A stretch of DNA of 35,103 nt from an uncultured Lachnospiraceae bacterium (lineage in GTDB: Bacteria; Bacillota; Clostridia; Lachnospirales; Lachnospiraceae), in assembly GCA_902796045.1 (NCBI GenBank), contig CADBNQ010000082.1, forward strand, positions 1 through 35,103, in the 5' to 3' direction. Positions 28,231-35,103 of the stretch are shown piece after piece (positions within the stretch are counted from its first letter, which is position 1; every line of letters begins with the position of its first letter). Made by a program: the position numbers and the translations under genes. Under the pieces are notes generated by a model. The model had not been told where the DNA came from, did not search any database, and saw only the letters and a list, made by a program, of their open reading frames with translations.

Positions 28231-29589
28231 TTACTCTTGTAAACGGCAGAATTTTGCCACAAAAAATCCATCCCCTTCGTCCAGACCGGGGAGTATCTGA
28301 ATCATGCCCTGTGATCCGCTTCTGCCTGTAAGTTCCAGGGGAAGCTTATCCTCTATGGATACAGGCTTTAAAGGGGTGTGCTCAGTCAGCCAGCGGACAT
28401 TGGCTTCATTCTCCTCCTCAGTGAGAGTGCAGGTTGAGAAAACCAGCTGCCCTCCTGGTCTGACGTAGGGCCAGACAGCGGAAAGAATCTCCCGCTGCAG
28501 GTCTGCCAGCTCATGGATCCGTTCTCTGGTCACATGATACTTGATATCGTTTTTTCTTCCCATGATCCCAAGACCGCTGCAGGGAAGATCCGCAATGACA
28601 AGGTCTGCCTTTCCTGCCAGACGCCCGTCCGTCTTTCTGGCATCCCACACCTCTGTCTCAAGCCAGGAAAATCCGGTCCTCTCATTGTTTTCCCTGATCA
28701 GGTCTGTTTTATACTCTGTCAGATCCCTTGCCAGAACTCTGCCGGAAGGTCCGACCAGGTCGGCCGCATGGAGAGCTTTTCCGCCGGGCGCGGCGCACAC
28801 ATCGATGACAAAATCGCCCGGTGCCGGGTCTGCGACCGCCACAGGAAGCATGGCACTGATATCCTGCAGGGAAAACAGGCCCTGCCTGAAGGCTGGAATC
28901 CTTCTGATATGATCAAAATCCGAGATATGGAAGGCATAAGGAAACCAGGGGGCTTCTTCTGCAGTGATGCCCTCGCGGCCCAGCTCTGCGGCAAGCTCCT
29001 CCGGGCAGATCTTTGAAAGGTTGGTTCTGATGGTTACTGGCCTTATCTTAAGAGAGGCAGCCAGGATGTCTTCTGTCTTTTCAGGGCCGAACCGGTCCGC
29101 CAGTTCCTCGACGATCCACTGGGGCATGGAAAATCTGACCGACAGGAAGCGGTTAAGATCTGCCTCCCGGTCCGGGAGCTGGATCATCAGCTTCTGTCTT
29201 ACCAGTGTCCGCAGAACGCCGTTGACGAATCCGGACAGATTGCGAAAGCCTCTTTTTCTGGCGATGGACACTGCTTCATTACAGGCCGCCGCATCTCTTA
29301 CAGCCGTGAACAGGATCTGATAGGCAGACATCCTCAGAAGGTTCCTGATCAAAGGCTTGCATTTCCGCATTTTTGTATGTGAAAACTGATCCAGCACATA
29401 ATCCAGGTAGATCCTCTGTTCTGTGGTTCCCTCACAGAGCAGGGTAAAAAAGGCCCTGTCCTGCTTTGAACTGTACTGCAGTCTCACCAGAGCCTCTCCG
29501 ATCGCTATATGAGAAAGCCTGCCGGTCCGTTCCATGTCTATGAGAGTGTCCAGAGCCAACTCTCTGATGTTATACTTCTCTGCCATCAC
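28231..29589 (-). CDS. rsmB: 16S rRNA m5C967 methyltransferase
   Basis: NusB-like N-terminus (FVNGVLR), DVCAAPGGK, DLPCSG, STCT, DGFF. Confidence 0.94.
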   Translation of the reverse strand: MMAEKYNIRELALDTLIDMERTGRLSHIAIGEALVRLQYSSKQDRAFFTLLCEGTTEQRIYLDYVLDQFSHTKMRKCKPLIRNLLRMSAYQILFTAVRDAAACNEAVSIARKRGFRNLSGFVNGVLRTLVRQKLMIQLPDREADLNRFLSVRFSMPQWIVEELADRFGPEKTEDILAASLKIRPVTIRTNLSKICPEELAAELGREGITAEEAPWFPYAFHISDFDHIRRIPAFRQGLFSLQDISAMLPVAVADPAPGDFVIDVCAAPGGKALHAADLVGPSGRVLARDLTEYKTDLIRENNERTGFSWLETEVWDARKTDGRLAGKADLVIADLPCSGLGIMGRKNDIKYHVTRERIHELADLQREILSAVWPYVRPGGQLVFSTCTLTEEENEANVRWLTEHTPLKPVSIEDKLPLELTGRSGSQGMIQILPGLDEGDGFFVAKFCRLQE

Positions 29590-29601
29590 CGGTCACCTCA
29601 G

Positions 29602-30570
29602 TTATTCAGCTAGTTTCGTTCCCTCCTGCAGCCTGTATCCCAGAAGAAAGCTGGCTGCAGACATCCTTTTCTTGCCCTGAAGCTGTACTTCATTGATCTG
29701 AAGGATATCCTCCCCTGTCATGACATAAAAGCTCTCTTTGGTGACCAGGAGGACTGTTCCCGGCCCGGCCCCTTCCGGGTCAGACCCTTCAGGCAGGTCT
29801 TTCGGCTTCTTTGGAAGCTCTTTTACCACCTGGGCATCCCAGATCTTTAAGGTCTTTCCTCCAAGAGAAGTGTATGCGCTGGGCCAGGAATTCAGACCTC
29901 TGATCAGCCTCTCGATCCTGACGGCACTAAAAGTCCAGTCTATGCGTCCCAGTTCTTTCGTGAGCATCCGGGCATAGCTGCTTGCGGCATCATCCTGAGG
30001 GATGCGGCGGGCAGTCCCATCCTGCAGCTTGTCAAGAGTCTCAAGGATCAAAGTCCCGCCTGCCAGCGACAGCTTGTCGTGAAGACTATCCCCGGTCTCA
30101 TGCGGTGAGAGGGGAACGACAGTCTTGTCGATCATATCCCCTGTGTCCAGCCCCTCGGCCATGTACATGGTGGTAACTCCGGACACCTCCTCGCCATTGA
30201 TCACCGCCCACTGAATGGGGGCAGCCCCCCTGTATTTGGGCAGGAGGGAGGCATGGATATTGATACACCCATACTTTGGAAGGTCCAGAATCTCTTTTGG
30301 GAGGATCTGGCCGAAGGCGGCTACCACGATCACATCCGGTTCTAAAGAGGCCAGTATCCTGATAAATGCCTCATCACGGACGCGGGCCGGCTGAAAGACT
30401 CTGATCCCGTGTGTGGCAGCGGCCTGTTTCACGGGCGGCGGCGTCATGGCCTTTCCCCGCCCTTTCGGCTTATCAGGCTGTGACACAACAGCAATCACCT
30501 CATGCTTCTCTATCAGGTTATTCAGTGCCGGAACAGAAAATTCCGGCGTCCCCATAAAAACTACTTTCAT
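29602..30570 (-). CDS. fmt: Methionyl-tRNA formyltransferase
   Basis: FMGTPEF, INIHASLLPKYRGAAPI, LDTGD. Confidence 0.97.
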   Translation of the reverse strand: MKVVFMGTPEFSVPALNNLIEKHEVIAVVSQPDKPKGRGKAMTPPPVKQAAATHGIRVFQPARVRDEAFIRILASLEPDVIVVAAFGQILPKEILDLPKYGCINIHASLLPKYRGAAPIQWAVINGEEVSGVTTMYMAEGLDTGDMIDKTVVPLSPHETGDSLHDKLSLAGGTLILETLDKLQDGTARRIPQDDAASSYARMLTKELGRIDWTFSAVRIERLIRGLNSWPSAYTSLGGKTLKIWDAQVVKELPKKPKDLPEGSDPEGAGPGTVLLVTKESFYVMTGEDILQINEVQLQGKKRMSAASFLLGYRLQEGTKLAE

Positions 30571-30576
30571 ATAAAT

Positions 30577-31065
30577 CTATTCTTCCTCTTCCCACTCTTC
30601 TTCTTCATCCAGATCCCTGTAGGGCTCATTGGCTCTGTCCCCGTAAAGGACGCCCTCAAGATGATCCATCTCATGGAGGATGGCCCTGGCACGGAGCCCC
30701 TCGCCCTCATAGGTAACCGGATTCATATCCATATCCAGAGAGCGGACTCGCACATAATCAGGTCTTGTCACCTCCGCGACTTTGCCGGGCACGCTCAGGC
30801 AGCCCTCATCATCCGTCTGTTCTCCTGTGGTCTCGATAATCTCCGGATTGATCAGCACAATGGGATCACCATCCATGACATCAACCACACAGATCCTGCG
30901 CAGGATCCCTACCTGGGGGGCAGCAAGCCCTACGCCTTTTGCCTCATACATGGTATCAAACATATCCCCGATGAGTTCCTTCATGTTCTGTGACATCTTG
31001 ACAACCGGCTTGCACGTCTTGTTCAGACAGGGATCGCCGATGACTCTGATCTGTCGAATCGCCAT
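30577..31065 (-). CDS. def: Peptide deformylase
   Basis: GVGLAAPQ, EGCLS, HEMDH. Confidence 0.97.
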   Translation of the reverse strand: MAIRQIRVIGDPCLNKTCKPVVKMSQNMKELIGDMFDTMYEAKGVGLAAPQVGILRRICVVDVMDGDPIVLINPEIIETTGEQTDDEGCLSVPGKVAEVTRPDYVRVRSLDMDMNPVTYEGEGLRARAILHEMDHLEGVLYGDRANEPYRDLDEEEEWEEEE

Positions 31066-31079
31066 ACTATCCTCCTGAT

Positions 31080-33347
31080 TTAATATCTGTTCATAGGGTC
31101 ATAATCAAACTGAACCGAAATGCCGGCAAACATGGGGTGTTCCAGAAGTACCGGTTCGAGCCGCATCCTGAGATCCTTAAGGACTTCCCCCTTTTGGTGC
31201 TTCAGGTAAAGAATCTGCCGGTAGATATCCTTGATCTTTGATACCGCGGCTGCACCGGGATTCAGGATCACCGGAGGATCCGCCTGATCCTTCCGGCTCT
31301 GTTCGATGATTCTCTGTATTCTCATGGCGGCAATGACTGCCTGCCTCTCGTCGCTGCTTTGTATCAGAATCACAAGAATATGCGCACAGGGAGGATACTT
31401 CATCAGACTCCGGTAGGCATACTCCTGCTCAAAAAAACTTTCATAGGAATGCCGGGCTGCAGCAGTCACGGCATAATGATCCGGATCGTAAGTCTGAATC
31501 AGAACTTCTCCCGGCTTATCTCCTCTCCCTGCCCTGCCTGCAGCCTGGCAAAGCAGCTGGAAGGTCTTTTCGCTGCTGCGGAAATCTGCACTGTTCAAAG
31601 ACAGGTCTGCCGCCAGGATACCCATGAGGGTGACATTGGCGTAGTCGTGGCCTTTGACGATCATCTGGGTCCCCAGAAGGATATCAGCTTCCCCTCTGGA
31701 AAAAGCACCCAGTATGTTCTCATGGGCATGCCTGCGCCGGGTGGTATCTGCATCCATTCGCAGGATCCGCGCTCCGGGAAACTCCCTCTGTAAAGCCGCC
31801 TCTGCTTTTTCTGTCCCCAGGCCGAATACCGCCACATGAGCACTCCCACAGGCAGGGCAGCGAGTCTCATAAGCAGTCCTGAAACCGCAATAATGACACC
31901 TGAGGCTTCCATCCCTGTGATAGGTCAGTGAGACATCGCAGTGGGGACATTTGATGACATGTCCGCAGGACCGGCAGGATACAAAACCTGCATAACCCCT
32001 CCTGTTTAAGAAAAGCATGACCTGCTCTTTCCTGTCCAGGCGGTCCCTGATCAGATCTGATAATTCCCGGCTGAATACAGACCGGTTTCCCGACCTGAAT
32101 TCCTCCCGCATATCTACCACCCTTACATGGGGCAGCCTTCCGGCCCCGGCCCTGTTTTTCAGGACCCACAGGCCATACAGGCCATCCCGGGCTCTGGCAT
32201 AGCTTTCCACCGAAGGGGTTGCTGAGCCCAGCACCACATGTGCCCCGGCCAGTCCGGCCCGGTAGATCGCAGTCTCCCTGGCATGATATTTCGGCGAGGC
32301 ATCACTCTTATAAGCCCCGTCATGTTCTTCGTCTATAATGATGATTCCCAGTTTTGAAACCGGGGCAAAAAGGGCAGATCTGGCCCCGATGACCACATTG
32401 GCCCGACCGGAGCGGATCCTCTCCACTTCCGCTGACCGTTCTCCCGCAGACATACGGGAGTGAATGACTGCGACCTGGTCTTTGAATCTGGCGGAAAATC
32501 TGCTGACCGTCTGGTAGGTCAGCGATATCTCAGGGATGAGGACTATGGCCTGCTTTCCCTCTTTCAATATGATCTCTATCAAAGCCAGGTAAACTTCTGT
32601 CTTTCCGCTTCCGGTAACCCCGTATAAAAGCCAGGTCTTCCTGATGCCCGCTTCATGCGCTTTCCTGAATGCATCTGCGATCTTCTGCTGACCTGCATTA
32701 AGTGCGGCCCCCTGCCTGATAGAAATGCTCTCAGCAGAAAGCCCCTCATCTTCCGGCTCCGAAATCTTCAGAATCCCCTGGTCTGCAAGTTTTATAAGGT
32801 CCTTGCGGGGAACGCCGCACTCTCTGACGGCAATGCCCGTATCCATCTGCCCTTCTTGGAGCAGACGCTCAAGCAGCCTTGCTCTTGCCTTGTACTTCTT
32901 CTGTTTCCAGGTGGAAAGGAGGTCTCTCCCCTCCGGGTCTGTGATGGCCAGAGTGACCACAGCCGCTTTTTTTCTGCGGTCGACCAGACGTTTGACCGGA
33001 AGTACGGTCTTTAATGCCTGAATCATGGTGGACCCGTACTGAAGGCGCAGGAAATCTGCCACCTGAATCAGCTGGGATTCCACGGAAATGCTCCCTGGAA
33101 CCAGGTCGATAATCTCTTTCAGCTTATCCGGATCATAGCCCGGTTCTTCATTCAGGGCTGTCACATAGCCCTCAATCTGCCGGTCACCGGCTCCAAAAGG
33201 AACACGCACTCTGCTGCCCGGGCCAATCTGGCCCTTCAGGGCAGAAGGGACTTTGTAAGCAAAGGTTCTGTCAACCGCTTCATGGGAAATATCAACGATG
33301 ATATCCGCATATATTTCTTTTATCTCAGTATTTGCCGGCAAGGACAT
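31080..33347 (-). CDS. priA: Primosomal protein N' (ATG 33347 with GAGGAG RBS; overlaps murE end)
   Basis: GVTGSGKTE, DEEH, GSATP, four CxxC pairs, GTQM, GRAGR. Confidence 0.96.
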   Translation of the reverse strand: MSLPANTEIKEIYADIIVDISHEAVDRTFAYKVPSALKGQIGPGSRVRVPFGAGDRQIEGYVTALNEEPGYDPDKLKEIIDLVPGSISVESQLIQVADFLRLQYGSTMIQALKTVLPVKRLVDRRKKAAVVTLAITDPEGRDLLSTWKQKKYKARARLLERLLQEGQMDTGIAVRECGVPRKDLIKLADQGILKISEPEDEGLSAESISIRQGAALNAGQQKIADAFRKAHEAGIRKTWLLYGVTGSGKTEVYLALIEIILKEGKQAIVLIPEISLTYQTVSRFSARFKDQVAVIHSRMSAGERSAEVERIRSGRANVVIGARSALFAPVSKLGIIIIDEEHDGAYKSDASPKYHARETAIYRAGLAGAHVVLGSATPSVESYARARDGLYGLWVLKNRAGAGRLPHVRVVDMREEFRSGNRSVFSRELSDLIRDRLDRKEQVMLFLNRRGYAGFVSCRSCGHVIKCPHCDVSLTYHRDGSLRCHYCGFRTAYETRCPACGSAHVAVFGLGTEKAEAALQREFPGARILRMDADTTRRRHAHENILGAFSRGEADILLGTQMIVKGHDYANVTLMGILAADLSLNSADFRSSEKTFQLLCQAAGRAGRGDKPGEVLIQTYDPDHYAVTAAARHSYESFFEQEYAYRSLMKYPPCAHILVILIQSSDERQAVIAAMRIQRIIEQSRKDQADPPVILNPGAAAVSKIKDIYRQILYLKHQKGEVLKDLRMRLEPVLLEHPMFAGISVQFDYDPMNRY

Positions 33348-34785
33348 CGGCGACAATCTCCTCTTCACTCATATGATATTTTACCCCTTTGATCTCCTGG
33401 TAAGTCTCATGTCCTTTCCCTGCCAGAATAACAATATCGTCCGGCTCGGCATGATGCATTACATAAGAAATGGCTTCCTGCCGGGAGATGATAGAGATAT
33501 AGTCTCCTCCGGTCCTGCCTATGCCGGTAAGTATATCTTCGATGATTGCCTCGGGCTCCTCAAATCTCGGGTTATCCGAGGTGATCACTGTAAGGTCTGC
33601 CAGACGCCCCGACACCTCGCCCATCTCAAATCTTCTGAGTCTGGATCTGTTCCCGCCGCATCCGAAAAGGCAGATCAGCCTGTGCGGATGGTAGGCCCTC
33701 AGGGTATGGAGGATGCTCTCAAGAGCTACTGCATTATGGGCGTAGTCAACAATCAGGGTATAGGCATAGCCTGTAGGGATGATCTGTACCCTGCCCTTCA
33801 CGGAAAAACGCTGAAGGACCTGACTGATCTCCCCGGCTTCCATCCCCATCTCTGATGCAATGCTGATGGCAGCAAGGGCATTGTGTACATTGAAAGTGCC
33901 CGGCAATCCACAGGAAATTCTTCCTTCCATACTGCCGGCAAGGCTGAAATCAACCCCCAGAAAATCTATATCTCTTGTCAGTTCTATATCGTAAGCCCTG
34001 AGATCAGCCTCCCCGGACAGACCAAAAGTCCTGACCGGACAGATGGCTGACGCAGTGACCTCAGCAAAATGTTCATCATCAATATTGGCAAAGCCCAGAC
34101 GGCACTGTCCAAACAGTTTCGCCTTACAGGCAAGATACTCAGCAAAATCTGCATGCTCATTAGGACCGATATGGTCAGGGGAGAGATTGGTAAAGAGGCC
34201 GTAATCAAACAGGATACCGGCGGTCCGGTCAAGCTTGAAGCCCTGGGAAGAAGCCTCCATGACCACCACATCACACCCGGCATCGACCATCTCCCGGAAA
34301 TACCGGTGGATGTCATAGGACTCCGGCGTAGTATTGTTCACTGTTATATGGCGGTCACCGATCAGAACCTCAATGGTCCCGATCACGCCGACCTTATGTC
34401 CGGCCTTCTCCAGAAGAGAGCGGATCATATAGGTGGTTGTAGTCTTCCCCTTTGTTCCTGTAACGGCAATCGTCGTCAGCTCCCTGTCAGGATAACCGAA
34501 CCAGGCAGCTGAGATCATGGCCATGGCATAACGGGTATCTTCCACCTGTATCACCGTAATGTCCTCAGGAACCTCCACCGGGGACTCCACGACCAGAACA
34601 GCCGCGCCGGCCTTTGCTGCCTGGGCGGCAAAGTCATGCCCGTCAAAAGAAGCTCCTCTGATGCACAAAAAAAGACATCCTTCCGTCAGCTTCCTGGAAT
34701 CATTAACAACAGCGGATACTTCTCTGTCAATATCTCCCTGCAGGCATCTGCAGTTTATATGTTCAAGCAGGCTAGAACATTTCAT
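33325..34785 (-). CDS. murE: UDP-MurNAc-dipeptide:meso-DAP ligase
   Basis: VTGTKGKTTT, TTPES, MEASS, DYAHN, GCGG, DNPR (DAP-specificity motif), AGKGHE. Confidence 0.95.
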   Translation of the reverse strand: MKCSSLLEHINCRCLQGDIDREVSAVVNDSRKLTEGCLFLCIRGASFDGHDFAAQAAKAGAAVLVVESPVEVPEDITVIQVEDTRYAMAMISAAWFGYPDRELTTIAVTGTKGKTTTTYMIRSLLEKAGHKVGVIGTIEVLIGDRHITVNNTTPESYDIHRYFREMVDAGCDVVVMEASSQGFKLDRTAGILFDYGLFTNLSPDHIGPNEHADFAEYLACKAKLFGQCRLGFANIDDEHFAEVTASAICPVRTFGLSGEADLRAYDIELTRDIDFLGVDFSLAGSMEGRISCGLPGTFNVHNALAAISIASEMGMEAGEISQVLQRFSVKGRVQIIPTGYAYTLIVDYAHNAVALESILHTLRAYHPHRLICLFGCGGNRSRLRRFEMGEVSGRLADLTVITSDNPRFEEPEAIIEDILTGIGRTGGDYISIISRQEAISYVMHHAEPDDIVILAGKGHETYQEIKGVKYHMSEEEIVADVLAGKY

Positions 34786-34822
34786 CTTTGTTCCTTCCTT
34801 TCTTTGAATTCATCGTCTTATC

Positions 34823-34851
34823 ATTCTAACCTTTTGTCACCCTGCCGTCAA
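34823..34851 (-). promoter_or_regulatory. murE-priA operon promoter
   Basis: TTGACG, 17 nt, TAGAAT. Confidence 0.7.
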
Positions 34852-34928
34852 GCTCATTATTTTACAATAATCAGCCCGTCAAATCCCCTTATAGAAGAGG
34901 GAGTCTTCTCCCATCTGATAAAAGTGAA

Positions 34929-34959
34929 GGCAGGATCCCATACAAAATGAAATCCTGCC
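34929..34959 (-). terminator. Possible terminator of the upstream gene
   Basis: GGCAGGAT/ATCCTGCC inverted repeat followed by TTCACTTTT on the minus strand; long loop. Confidence 0.4.
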
Positions 34960-35015
34960 GGTCTGGGCGGACTGTTCCTGCTCGACAGCCCATAAAAGGT
35001 GATTCAGTTATTTAC

Positions 35016-35102
35016 TTACTTCCCACACCAACATATGTGCTTCTGTCTGTAAATCAGCGGATATCTGACCGGTACTGTGTGAAGAAATGTCAACTGTTTC
35101 TC
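35016..35102 (-). CDS. Possible 3' end of an unidentified gene entering from beyond the window
   Basis: Only minus-strand frame open from the window edge: ...EKQLTFLHTVPVRYPLIYRQKHICWCGK*; followed by hairpins. Confidence 0.3.
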   Translation of the reverse strand, partial: EKQLTFLHTVPVRYPLIYRQKHICWCGK

Positions 35103-35103
35103 A

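Noticed and set aside
35087-35094. TTGACA on the minus strand near the window end
   Set aside because: No -10 box at proper spacing; lies in the probable incoming ORF

Overview
A ~50% GC Clostridia-type (probably Lachnospiraceae; inference from gene order and proteins) core-genome window, almost entirely on the minus strand. In transcription order from the right: murE-priA-def-fmt-rsmB-rlmN-stp-pknB-rsgA-thiN (no rpe), a convergent lgt-ychF pair on the + strand, an orphan wzm/wzt (tagG/tagH-like) ABC exporter, and a reduced dcw cluster (mraZ-rsmH-ftsL-like-PBP-mraY-murD-ftsW-ftsQ-ftsZ). After it comes a tightly packed operon (RmlD-like SDR, DAACS symporter, orphan Peb1A-like binding lipoprotein, short CinA, potABCD, greA) and tRNA-Ser(UGA). 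No mobile element, CRISPR or phage genes are visible. The best leads are a DAACS symporter translationally coupled to an orphan Asp/Glu-type binding protein, and two strongly structured GC-rich intergenic elements (the mraY leader and the region upstream of mraZ) that share a stem-AAAGGA-hairpin-stem layout. All calls come from reading the sequence and motifs by eye; no searches were run.
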